A DNA stretch of 64,000 bases, taken from assembly GCA_964658305.1 (NCBI GenBank), contig OZ210885.1:1860001-1924000 (forward strand). The letters run 5' to 3'. Below, piece by piece: positions 1 through 12,943 of the stretch (position 1 is the stretch's first letter; every line of letters begins with the position of its first letter). A model generated the notes under the pieces. The model saw only the letters and a program-made list of their open reading frames with translations, had not been told where the DNA came from and made no database searches. This DNA comes from Leptogorgia sarmentosa. Taxonomy: Eukaryota. The position numbers and the translations under genes were made by a program.

Positions 1-16
1 TTTTTCTTGTTTGTAG

Positions 17-1508
17 AGTGCAAGCCTGGATATACCGCTCGTGATAACCTTTGCTACAAGATGATAACTAGAAAACGACCTTGGTACATAGCAGAATGCC
101 CAGAAGGAGAGCAATTCGTGTCTGCAGAGAATGAAAATGAAAATAAATTTATTTACGAGACATTTGTCAAACCATCCCAACAGTCAATATGGTTGCAGGC
201 TATTGTTTGTGCAGGAGGCAAGCTGTGCGATCAGGATTACGGCCCAGTGTTCTTCAGCAACATCGATGGTGAATTGCCAAACACGGGATGTGTCCAGTTG
301 CCTTTTGGGGGAGGGATGAAATGGCTCGTGAAGAATTGCAGAGACACTGCTGCCTATGTTTGCAAATACGGTCAGTATAATTTTAAATATTGATTTGATA
401 CGAACAAAAATACCATCCGTGGTTGTTGCCTATTATGATTTCTGCATTCTGGAATGTTTTGCTTCTCGTATTCGTTTAATTAGCGGTTTCACATAGTTTA
501 TTAAACAAATGGCATTTTTTATGGCTCAAGAAAAAAAAAATTTGCCGTTTTCAGTTCCACGCAATTTTGTCTTTTTAAAAATACCAAATTTTTGAAACCT
601 TTAAAAAAATTCTAAAAAGGAGCATGATACTGCAAATCATTTTCCAATTAAACTTAATTTATAGCAGAAATCTGGTCATTTTTCCGTATTTCTTGCTATC
701 TAGCAGCCGTAACTCCGTGCAAATTTAAAAGTCAATTTTCAGATAATCATCGATTTATATGCGCCTTGTGTTTTCAACACTGCTGTCGAAATGCTATTTG
801 AAAAAACAATTCTGCTCTCTAATTGGGTAATTTGCATGGCCTGTATGGTGCATGATGTAAACGGCTGCTTAAAACGACAAATTCCTGCCGTCTCGCGAAC
901 GTAGGAGTAGGACTACAAAAAGTCTCTGAAGGAAGCTTTCTGCTGTTGCTGCTATAGCACCAGAATATGCAACAAGAACGTTCAGGCTTCTTTTCTAATA
1001 AGCTTTCAGGGTTGTTACCAATACCGTTTCGGTTCTTTTAAATTAAATGTCTCAAATGTGCCTGTAGATGTCGCGTATATAGAGTATTTCATTCAATCAA
1101 GTGGTGCCTTCCAGAAGAGGTTAAAAGGGACGTTATTGTAATGTTTATGTTTGAATGTGGCGGCAAGGTCACAATAAACAGATTTGATAACAATCTATGA
1201 TCTAACTATCGCCTTTTTGGCCTATAGTATAATTATGGCAAATTAGCCATAAATGTGAAACTGAATCTGGTTTTCATGGTTGGTCCGCAGATCACAGGAA
1301 ATGGCATTTCCGAGATTCTAGTTTTCGAGATTTTCCGGGGAAGGGTACTCCCTCCACGACGCAGCACTGGCCTTTGTAGACAGCAGTTATGTAGAGTATC
1401 GTATCTAGTAACACCCACAGTCTCATCGTTGTAGCACACCGAGCTGATTTAATTTCCTAAACCAACGGGCTAAACAAACTATTTCTCTTTTTTACAGAAA
1501 AAAATTAG
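17..1508 (+). CDS. 3' end of a secreted C-type lectin domain gene (partial; 5' part lies outside the window)
   Basis: Exon 17-370 (ttgtAG acceptor, G|GTCAGT donor, phase 1-1) encodes C-x-PG-x6-CYK...C...WL...GCV...W-x4-C-x6-VCK, a CTL fold. Terminal micro-exon 1498-1508 (tttacAG) gives E-K-N-stop. AATAAA at 1633-1638. Confidence 0.8.
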
Positions 1509-3726
1509 TGCTGAAGAAAGACGTGGTGTTAATTAACACAATTTACATCTGAAATAACGTCAGATATGTACTTAGAAATAACTGTAATGATTCTTGAATT
1601 GAAACTGTAGTTCATTGTTTTTACAATTTTGGAATAAATTGAAATATTGATTTCTAAAGTATGAAATGTCTATTGCATTTCTTCTCCACTTGATTTTATG
1701 CATCAAATGCAAGATAATGACATGCCAAAGGTGTACGGAACTTGGCCGAATTGCGAACTTTCAGATATATCTAGCAGTACCAAGTACATTGTAGGTATTT
1801 CCAAATGCTTTACCAAAGTCGAACTACTGCATGCATGGGAACCGAGGCACTAAATTTGAATTCAACGTAAACTTCAGCCAAACTTTTGAGAAATAAGTTT
1901 TGATTTAGCAACTTGAAAATTACGAGTTCTTTTGGCGCAATAGTTCAAAATGAGAAAGTTAATTTAGAAAATATGAAAAATGGGTGCTGTGTTATTGCAT
2001 ATCTACCAGATGAAATCAACAGTGATCTTAATGAGTTTACCCAGTTATTAGAAAAATGCAGTTTAAGAATAGAAAGATTCAGGGACATACAACGCAACAT
2101 CAAAGAAGACATAGAAATTGCGTGGGGCATTATGGCTTTATTGTTCTTTCCATGGCCAGTCTAATTAAGGACGTTGTTAGCGTTGTGTTCAGAATAGCAT
2201 ATCTGAGGTGGGATCTTAGATTATCATACTAGAACACTCCACATAACTAGCGAGATTCATCCCTAGAAATGTTTTAAAATTGTAATCCCGGAAACGCCAT
2301 TACCTGCGTTCTGAGCATCGGATTCGGTTGTAAAAATTGACCCAAATAAGACCATATAACAAAGGTTTTATTAGATACTTGACTTCAACAAAAAGTAAAA
2401 ATTAACGGAGTTAATAACTTTGAGTGTCTAAAGGCATACTTAATATTGAACTTGATTTGAATGAAATCAGTGATTTATAAGAAAAAAATATTCAAATTTA
2501 CCGGATTTTACATACTCAATTATGTTACCTTTCCGCTAGGCTTAAACGTCAAAAAGAATATAATCGAGAGAAATTCAAAACACTAATATACCCAGTAGTA
2601 GTTAAAATAAATTAATATCTTGCAAGATCGAATACGATGCTCATGCTCACCGACGCAAAAACCAACTCAAGTTCTGCCTCTCCTCAAGGCAAATCGATAT
2701 CCAAAAGCTCGTTCAGGATTTTTTCTTTGAACTTATACCTTGTCAAAAGATATATCCAACTTTTTAAGGAGGATTTCTAAAATGTAAGACAATCCCTGTT
2801 CAATTATTAACGTTTAGCGGAACCTTGGAGACCTTCCGACTCATCTTTCTTTATAAACATTATTCAATGCAGACCTTTCAATTTCTCTTAACGAATTATC
2901 CCGGTTTGCCAGTTGACGGTTTGCGGTTTAACAAATGATTGCGTTCAGTTTTGGCATAAAATCTCTCTCAAAGCGGCTTTACATTTCGCCATAAATCAGG
3001 AAGTTGTTTTCGTAATTTACGGTATGGTATTATTTTGTCTCTTCAAAGTATAGTTTATTCTGGACCAATTCTATAAGCAGGAAAGGGTCAATATTCAGGA
3101 TGTATTCATGCACGAAAGTTGTTGTTTTTAAACGAATAAAAACACACATTTATCTTTGGGTATTAATCAGAACACGAGGAATTTCAACAAAAATAAGCAG
3201 ACAATACATCAACGTCCTGATCCCGTAAAATAAAAGCTTGGCGGAAATGAAAAACCGCAAAATCCAATTCTGCAGTGGAAAACGTGAAGAATTCGAAAAT
3301 TTAAAATATTACTAAACTTTGTCGCTTGCTTTGTGCTTTTTTTGGATAGCATTTTCTTATTAATGTTTTATCTCGTCGTTGTAAAACCGACAAAACGGCC
3401 ATTATGTTTTGCGTAATAATCCGATTTAGCTTGACCAATCAGTGATCACAATTTTCAGGAATTATCTGTGTATTACACTAGAATTAGTGAAATGACATAA
3501 GGTGCGCTACTAAAAACATCGGCTGGGATCTGATGCCCGAAACAAGTCCCTCCAATTTCACAGCCTTCATTTATTTACCACGTGAGTTGTACTGGTCGTG
3601 CAATTTTGTTTCCTTCAGAAGAATTTCGTTCGTCGTTTAACACTGTTTCATGCCAAATTGTACTTCGGATGCAGTTATTTTTCCTGCTAATTGCAATGAT
3701 AACAATCAAGTACATGCTATTTTTAG

Positions 3727-6700
3727 AGGATCGATGTGTGGGACATTCTTGTAACCCAAAAGGAAGTACGTGTGTTGATGGAAAATGTGTGTGTAAGGCA
3801 CCTCATTCTGGTGAATATTGTCACAGTAAGTCACGTGTTTTATCCCTTTTCAGCAAAATGGCACGAATAGGCTTTATTTTCTAGGCTTTGGATATTTTAT
3901 TATTTTGTTGGGTTACCAGATGTGCAAATATTTTTACCAATACGAAAATGTTTAGCGCCCATATTTTTAGATAGCAGCAGGGGCGCTGGAACAATAAAGG
4001 GGGGCAAATCGTTCTCCAAAGGGCATTTTACGTTTTACTGAAAATTATGAAAATTTGTTTCATGTTTTCTGCCAGAAAAGGCATTTTAAAATGTACGAGA
4101 AAACACTATTGGTAACTGACCAATTGGAGAAACCACAGCAACATAATGAACAAATAATTAACAATAGGTGGATATCTAATATGCAGGATCCAGTCGGCCT
4201 TTTGTACAACCGTCCTCCTCTGCGCGGGCGTTTTCGTTGCGAATGGGAATACGATTAGACTCAAATCGGCAACGTCCCAAAATTATTCCCGCATGCAGAA
4301 GCCGACTCTATGGAAAAGCTCTCGGAGCAGGTTATCCCATCAAAATCATCCTTTTTGAAATCTTAATGTGCCTCATGCGTCATTGCCAGTATTGACAAGA
4401 GAAAATCACAAAAAATGCCCGTTCAAAATGCAAGGGGCACCTCTGCTCCGCCTACCACCTGAAAAACGGCAAGATGGGCGGCTGCTCTAATCTCGAGATC
4501 GCAGGAATTTTCTGCGAATACAGCACGCAAATATTGTTTGTCAAACTCTAACTTGTCAATCAAATGTTTTGTTTGTAATAATATAATTCAAATTATTGTG
4601 TTTATTTTTCAGTTCTGCCATGTGATGCAGAACCTTGTGAAAACGAGGGAACATGTAACAATGTACCGGAAGGCTACACGTGTACATGTATCAATCATTA
4701 CGCAGGAAAAAACTGTTCAGGTAAATAAATAGTTATTCGTGGTCTTTCTTCATCAATCCGCCTGAGTGTTTGTTTTGGATTTATTACTTTGATATTCTTC
4801 AAATAGCAAAAATAAAGACATTCAATTATACTGATCGTTTAGCCACATACTAGTTATAATTACTCTTATACCCAGTGAAACTGACAATAGCTAATTTAAG
4901 ACAAAGAAGCGTGGTCCACAGAAATTCAGAAAAGCGCCCAGTGTCAGCCTAAATTATCCATATTGATATTCTCAGGGTCTTTACAAATACCTATACCGTA
5001 GATCATGAAATGTTATAGGAAAAAGAAATCATAAAAAAATGAACGTATTGCTGTATTTTCACGGGAGAATACATCGTTGCTCTTTTTTCATTCCTTTTAG
5101 AACCACCTCAATGTAAAATTGAGGATCCATGTGTAAACGGTGCTTGTATAGATGTCAGCAACATCGAATACAGCTGCAAATGCGACATAGGATGGGTAGG
5201 AAGGAATTGCACAGGTATCGTTTTTTTTTACTTCTTGCTATTCTGTTCTCTTATAGTTTGCAAAAGCCGCCATTACTTGCTCTTTCTCAACTAATTTTTG
5301 TGTTAAATCACCACCATATTAATACTTTCACAGTATTTTATGCAATAGTTCGCTATTAAAGTAATGCCCAGAAAATTTGCCCGATCCTGAAACACATGAT
5401 TTTCTTTCATGTTGCTGCTATACGTTTTGCAGTACTGATATTGCAAATAATTAATTACGGCGAATAGGTTAGCGCAAATATTATATTATATTAAGGCCCC
5501 TACAATGTGTACACATATTTAGTAAATCCTGCTTTAACAACATCATGCTTAAAAAAAATTGGGCGTTGTTTAGAACGACCATGTGATCGCAAACCATGCA
5601 CCAACGCAAGAAAATGCATTAATAAGGGATCTGGGTACGAATGCGTCTGTGAGACAGGGTGGACGGGCGAAAAGTGTGAAAAAGGTAAGAAATCTCGTTC
5701 GAATTCAATATCTTCACTGACTATTAAACGTCTATCTTTTATTTATCCTTCTCTGCCCAGTGTAACATGAAATAATCAGTACCATTTTCAGCTTTTCACC
5801 GAATGATTGATGATATTTTTCCTTATAGACGGATATGGTAGTGGTGATCCTCACTACAGAACGTTTGATGGGAAAACATATGACTTCCAGGGCAAGTGTG
5901 AATATATCTTCACCAAAGATTGTAGCAAAGAGCACGCTTTTGAAGTTCTTCAACAAAATGAACCTTGTGGTCGTGGCACTGTGAGCTGCACTAAATCTCT
6001 ACGAATTTTAACTCAAAACATGGAGATTAGAATGGAGAGAGGTGGAATCGTTTACGTCGACGGAATTCGTGTTCATCTTCCTTGGACATCCTCAACACCT
6101 ACCTTACCTCCGGCAGTAGCGCGCGATGTTATGGAGTTTCCCCGCTCAATACCAGGTAATTGTGATTGTTCAGATTTCATCAAATGCTATCAAAACATCA
6201 AAAATTTAGACTAAATCATGTAAACATTACTTCAGGTCCGATTACTGCAACAACCACAATTACTGCTTGTGGAAGAGGGGCCTACCTGAATGTTTCTGCT
6301 CTCTTATTTTCTGTACGCTGGGATGGCAGTACTGTCGCGTACGTAAGAATTAACGAACGTTTCAAAAACAAAACCTGTGGTTTGATGGGGAATGCTGATA
6401 ACAATCCAGACAACGATTTTCGACTGCCGGACGGGTCTATTGCTGGAAATGTTGCACAGTTTGGAAACAGCTGGAAGACGGATCCTCATTGCGTGAATGG
6501 CGTCATTCCACCAGATCCATGCAAGCAACTCAGCCGTCCGGAGTACACTGCTGTCCAACAAAAGTGTGCCAGAATGAAGCAAGCACCTTTCAACCAATGT
6601 AATGATAGAGTCAACCCAGATGATGGTCATATTCATAGCTGTGAATACGACTTATGCGCCATGAATGCCGCCAACCCATCTGGAGCCTGGTGCCAAGCTT

Positions 6701-8897
6701 TGGAAACGTACGGCGAGGCTTGTACCTCAAAAGGTGTCAGTATCATTTGGGAGGGAAAACCTGGGTTTGAAGAATGTGGTAAGAAGCTCACTAATAAACA
6801 TGCAATTATTAGTTTGCAATTTACAGTAAATGTGACAAAAATGATTTTAGTAGAAACATAGTTAGCATACAATTTGCTAAAGCTATCATCCAATTATCGA
6901 TTTTTCTGCGCCACAAGACCTAATTTCCCATTCTCTTAATGGTTTTCACTATAACTTAACAACGTTTTGTTAACTTCTTATTTCTAGGAAATCCATGCGC
7001 CAATATTCCTTGCTTTAATGGTGCCGTATGTAGAAATACGAACAGAACAGCATACGAATGTGTTTGTCCCACAGGATTCAGTGGTCCTACTTGCCAAAAT
7101 GTTGGTTAGTATATAATGTAAATTACATCTTAGTTTTAACAATTGAAGATATACCGTAACTACGTACTTTCGCCTATCTTGACAGGGATTTTTGAGCGGT
7201 GTAGGGATTATTATTATTATTATATGGCTTTTCAAAGTTCTCTATTCTGATTGGTTGACAAGCGGTCGGCAAAAACCCATATCCGGACCGTGGTCCGTAT
7301 TTTCCGTATCTTGACCGGTGTCCCGGATTATCTGGCTGGAAATTTTAGCTTTGCAAACAGAAAATATTTTTGCGTTTTAATTTTTGATTGAGCATGTATG
7401 TCTGTATATAGCAACACGTGATATTAAATGGTAATTTCCATTTCACGATCGTGTAAAATAGTTCAGAACAGTTCTTTGTTTTTTGTGATTATATAGATCA
7501 AACAATGAAAGTTTTTTATTTCGTGCAAAAGCAACAGTTGAATGCCCTCGTGAAATAAAATATTCTTATCTTTGCACGAAAAAAACATTCATTCAACAAT
7601 ATTCGCGAGCACTATGGCATTTCGATTCAAACGCAGCCCTATCGCAGTTGACAACTATGAACAATTAAAATTAGGGTTAGCGGTTAAAGGTTGCGAAATG
7701 GGTTCAGGATTTGGCCGACTAATCATAGAATTTATACATATATTATAATAATAAAGGTTTATAATACAAAAAATTCGAAAATATTAAGGACTCTAAAGAA
7801 TTTTGAGATATATTCTTATATGTTTGTCTGTAGATTGCAGGCCTGGATATATTCCCCGTGGTCACCTATGCTACAAGATGATGGGTAAACGACCTTGGCA
7901 CATTGCAAAATGCCCAGAAGGAGAGCAATTCGTGTCCGCAGAGAATGAAAACGAAAATCAATTTATATACGAGTCATTTGTGAAACCAACGAGAAGGGCA
8001 ATATGGATGCAGGCCATTGTCTGCGAAGACGACAAGCTGTGTGATCAGGATTACGGTCCAGTGTTCTACAACAACATCGATGGTGATTTTCCAGGCAAGG
8101 GATGTGTCCAAATGCCTTTTGGAAGTGGGATGAAATGGGTCGTAAAAAGCTGCAGAACTGCCGCCTTCTATCTTTGCAAATACGGTGAGTAGTTGATCAA
8201 GTGTTGAGCTTGCGCAGTTATAGCCAAGTCGTGCAGTGATAAAGTAAAATCAGCAGTGGTAAAAAGCAAATTGTGCAGTGATAAAATATCTTATAAACTT
8301 GATAGATGGGATAACGGTTATCTTTGGTGTAAACTGCATGTGTATCATTTTAGAATTTTTGCAAGGAATGCCATATCGGAGAATCGACTCTGAATTATAA
8401 AATTTTTGCAAGTGCATGACCCAGCAACCCTCTATTGTTTCGTCATGGCAACATCACATCTCATTTGTGAAAACAAAACTATTTATTCTCTACAGACATG
8501 CGATATGAGTTTAAAATGTCTCACAAAGTCGTAACAGTAAGGTAGTACAAGAACATGCCCTTGGCTAGTTTCATGGGCGTAATTGTACTAGACTAAATCT
8601 TTACAGGAAATTAAATGCCCAGTTGATAAAAAATTCTTGAAATTAGGTATGGTGTTGAGCTTAAGTGAAATAAAATTCCATATGTGTTTGTTCGCTTTTT
8701 CTTTAACAATCAGGAATACAATCAGGAATTGCTTTTTCGCCAGCGTTTGGTCAATTAGCATAGGTTTAATCGGCCCGATAAAAAGCTGTATAAACGTAGC
8801 TGAAGACAGCGCGATAAGAAATCCAGGATTTAACATCTATTTAAATTAAAACAAACGACCTAATTCAACTATTTTCGTTTTTATAGAAAAATTTTAA
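3727..8897 (+). CDS. Mosaic protein EGFx4-VWD-C8-EGF-C-type lectin (mucin/zonadhesin-like modules plus CTL); 5' start uncertain
   Basis: Phase-1 exons: EGF 3727-3825, 4613-4720, 5101-5214, 5574-5684; VWD 5829-6155 (GSGDPHYRTFDGKTYDFQGKCEY); VWD end plus C8 6236-6778 (WDG...TCGLMGN...FGNSW...CEYDLC); EGF 6988-7104; CTL 7834-8184; terminal exon 8887-8897 (EKF*). All have AG/GT boundaries and an open spliced frame. Confidence 0.85.
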
Positions 8898-9145
8898 AGT
8901 TCTGCAGAATCACCTCAAGTTAATTTAAATTAACACAGTTTAGAGCTCTGCGATGAAATAATTGGCAGTTATAGATTGTACGTCCTATAAAACAATTAAT
9001 TATAACTTTAATGTTTTTATAATATACGTTCATTGTTCTTACTTTATTATAATTATTGGAATAAATAGAAATATGATTTTGAAGAGCATGTATTTTGTTT
9101 GCTTATTTTCATTGATCTCTTGATTTGACATTGGTAATATTTTTT
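8645..9145 (+). repeat. ~500 bp block (end of last intron, terminal exon, 3'UTR, polyA signal); copy A, with copy B at 17801-18295
   Basis: Both copies start aggtatggtgttgagctta and share aagaaatccaggatttaacatctatttaaattaaaacaaacgacctaattcaactattttcgtttttatagaaaaattttaa and ggaataaatagaaat/agaataaatagaaat. ORF-track peptides 8588-8836 and 17672-17980 begin almost identically. Confidence 0.9.
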
Positions 9146-9972
9146 TGCAGGGGTGTAACTTCAGTATAACTTTGGGGGGGTACTACAATATTTCGCCCGA
9201 CAAAAAGGACGTGGTCACCAAAATAAAATAGGTGTGGTCACCAAAATCAGTCAAAAATTGTACTACAAACATCAAACCCTTTGTTTAAGTTGAATCTGAG
9301 ATAAAGAAATAGTATGGGAAGTCCAACTTACATAGTAGGTAGCTAAATGGTGTTTACATACTATTTACAATCAATTTACATACTCTTCCCAAATTTACTT
9401 CTGGTTTGTGGTGGACTTACAAACAATTTACAAACAATTTACAAACAATTAACAAACTTCAAATCAATTTACATGGTATGTCAAAGTACCATTAGTATGT
9501 AAATGTGACTTTACAGTCTATTTTTACAGTCAGTTTGACGCATTCGTTATTAACACTCATTTTCTAAAGTGTTAATAACGAATAAGTAAAGGCGAGCATG
9601 TCTATTAGTGTGTTTATAAATCCCCTCCGTCCTTGTAGTAAAGCGTTAAATGTTTATAAATTACATTTGCTTAAACTGTACGTAGGCACTAGTGCTTATA
9701 TGCAGGGTAATGAGCTTAGAATATTAGACTATTTACATAGTATGGAAGAGTTCTAAATTTTCCAGTGCCGGAATCTTTATATTGGTTTTAGTTTCTCAGT
9801 ACCCAGATATGGTTTCGAAGATAGCGAACTGTTTTTTCGAGACAATAATCGTAGAATAATTTGATTTTGAGAGGAACGCCAAAAAGATTTCGGGTTTTGA
9901 ACACATTTCGTCGAAAATACGTGACATGGAAAAAATTATCCTCTTAAAAATAATAAAATAACATCAATTATT

Positions 9973-12416
9973 CATCTTCTGGCGTCACTGTTGAGTACAT
10001 TTTAAGTGTTCTCCCTATGGAGTGTTTCTATTTACTGCCAAGATCAATCATCGCGAAGCTTCTCCTAGAGCATCATTGTCAACGCTGCCGCACATCGTTA
10101 TTGTTCATAACACTTGTGTCTTAACACAAGAATATTGGAATACGATTATATTCGATGAAGAATATCCCATTTTCTGAGGAAACACATCAAGGTATATGTT
10201 ATTTTCTTAACTGTTGATTGCTATATGTACATTTTGTAACTTAAAATGATAGCAAAAAATATTTTAGTGTAAGCTAGAACAACGCCTTTTTATATATTAC
10301 ATTCAATTCTAACGTATTGCATGTACGCCTTTAATTAAACCCACGGTTTTTACCTGGCTTCAATATTTACGTGGCTAATGTACATGCATAGCGTATAAAC
10401 GTTTCTCGACAAGCAACAAAGTTTTGTTCACTGACATGAACATATGGTAGTCCAAGAAGCAGTGAAATACTACTCTCGAAAGACAGGTGCTCAACTGTGT
10501 CTCGCGTTAAGATAGGACATGTTTTCTCCTCACTATATCCATTCACTTTTATAAAATAATATGGCCATGCTCTCCATGAAGGAGAGACGTGCATTTACCT
10601 ATTATGAAGTATATAAATATGGGAATAAACTAAACAACTTATAGAATATATACTGTACATATATAAAAACATGACCACTCCGAGACTGTGTGCTGGAAAT
10701 TTGGACACAGTCATGTTGTTGCAAAATTGCATCTCAGTCTACAACTGAAGCTTTTCTTACGATTTCCGGACAGCTGAGTCAGCTGCACCTTGAATAAAAA
10801 AATATGACGAATGGTTGTGCTCTGTTACTGAACACGGGCGAATAAATTTATCGGTAAAACAACGAAGAACAATATTATTAGCAGTCTCATACATTATTTT
10901 CTTGAGGCGCGCCTATCTTCCAGATTAGCCCGGTTCAATGATTTTAATATTTTAGATGACCTATAGTGTAATAATCAGAACGACTATAATGGTTCGTGCG
11001 TGCAGCCCCGTTTTTGCATTCGTTTTCGCTTTGGTCCTAGACCCTAAGCCGGATTATTCCAAATATATAACAGTAGAATATTCAAAATGTGGCTGAATCA
11101 TAAGGCATATAATTATGGATTAGCACAGAGGTTATAGATTAGGACAGGATTAACACAAAAAGTTACCATATTTTGTAATGATATGAAAACGATCGAGGCT
11201 GCTCTATTTTGAAAACAGTCCTCAAAGCAATCATGCTGTTTATATTTAACATTTCTGATCGCTATTTTAAAACATAACAACTGCCAGTGTGTTATGATTT
11301 TATCAAAATTTAGTGTGTTCACTTTTCACCAACCGAAACAATACGACAAAATTTATCATTCAAAAACAATGAGTGCTCATGTGAAAATAACGAATGGAAC
11401 TAAAACAGGCATATGAAATTTTATACAATCGAATGTTTTCATTGATTTTCAACTTAATACTAAACTCGCTATGACGTTTGAAGGGGAATATTTACATACA
11501 CAACTACACAAGTTGCGCGCGTGAATAATCAAGAGTTCCGTATCTTAGTATTTTTCAAATTGCAGAATACTTGCTACACTCCAAATACGTACGTGATGGA
11601 TAAATTGCTAAAATAATATTATTATTGAGTAGCGGAGACGCCGGAAGATCTATAATGGGGGGATATTCAAATACTCATGTTGTGCCGAAGTAAGTTTTTT
11701 GTTCAGTTCATCAAGACGAATAATATGAATACGTGTCTCATCTTCTGGCGTCACTGTTGAGTACATTTTAAGTGTTCTCCCTATGGAGTGTTTCTATTTA
11801 CTGCCAAGATCAATCATCGCGAAGCTTCTCCTAGAGCATCATTGTCAACGCTGCCGCACATCGTTATTGTTCATAACACTTGTGTCTTAACACAAGAATA
11901 TTGGAATACGATTATATTTGATGAAGAGTATCCAATTTTCTGAAGAAACACATCAGGGTACATATATGTTATTTTCTAGAAATATGTTGATTGCTATATG
12001 TACATTTTGTAACTTAAAATGATAGCAAAAAATATATTAGTGTTAGCCAGAACGCCTTTTCATATTAGCTACATGCAGTTCTAACGTATACATGCATGTG
12101 CGCCTTGAATTAATAAACCCACGGTTTTTATACCTCTACGTACACCATAGCGTATAAAAGTTTCTCAACAAACAACAGAGACTGTGCACCGGAAATTTGG
12201 ACAGTCATATTGTTACCTGCAGTCTATAACTGAAGCTTTTCTTACGATTTCCGAACAGCTGCGTCAGTTGCACCTTGAAAAAAATATTATGACGTATAGT
12301 TGTGCTCTGTTACTGAACGCGGGCGAATAAATTTATCGGTAAAACAACGACGAACAATATTATTAGCAGTCTCATACATTATTTTCTTGAGGCGCGCCTA
12401 TCATCCAGATTAGCCC
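9973..12416. repeat. Direct duplication of non-coding DNA: ~9973-10930 and ~11739-12416 (second copy has internal deletions)
   Basis: Both copies begin catcttctggcgtcactgttgagtacattttaagtgttctccctatgg and end gaggcgcgcctatc(t/a)tccagattagccc, with long identical runs between. Confidence 0.9.
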
Positions 12417-12943
12417 AATTTGTTCGTTTGTTAAGAAAGAAATCAACCAATGTAAATGAGCTGCTGGTAATTCTAGTTGATTAGGTATAATTGATATAAA
12501 TTAATTCGGTAAGTTCTAGTGGGCGATGAATATTATTGTCTGCCACATTGGTTGATACGTCGTAATTCGTTATCATCAATTATGCTGTTTTCAATTTCTA
12601 AAGATTATTCAACCATGTGTGACATGTCGTGAAATTTTTGAATTGAAGAGTTTAGAGGTCTGAACTGTGTAGAAACATCCTTGATAATTCAACATATCCT
12701 ACATTCCTTCTCGACCTCATTCAATAGTTGTTTAATATTTGAGAATAGTTATACATCTTGACAATACTTAGAGATATGAGAATGATTATATTTATTACTT
12801 ATGGGAATAAAATGGGAATATAGAGGAATATTATAAAAATGTTATTAGTACTTATTAAGTACTTTAAAAGATATCATATTAGAGAATCTTTAGAGAAATT
12901 ACTTAATCTCTAAAAAATGAAATATCTACTTACACACAGACTG

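Noticed and set aside
1913..2164. 83 aa ORF between the lectin units
   Set aside because: No recognisable motif, non-ATG start, and no convincing splice sites linking it to neighbouring exons.
9419..9583. acaaacaattt x3 and a 42 bp hairpin at 9542-9583
   Set aside because: Simple repeat and MITE-like debris; no repeat-spacer structure, so not CRISPR-like.
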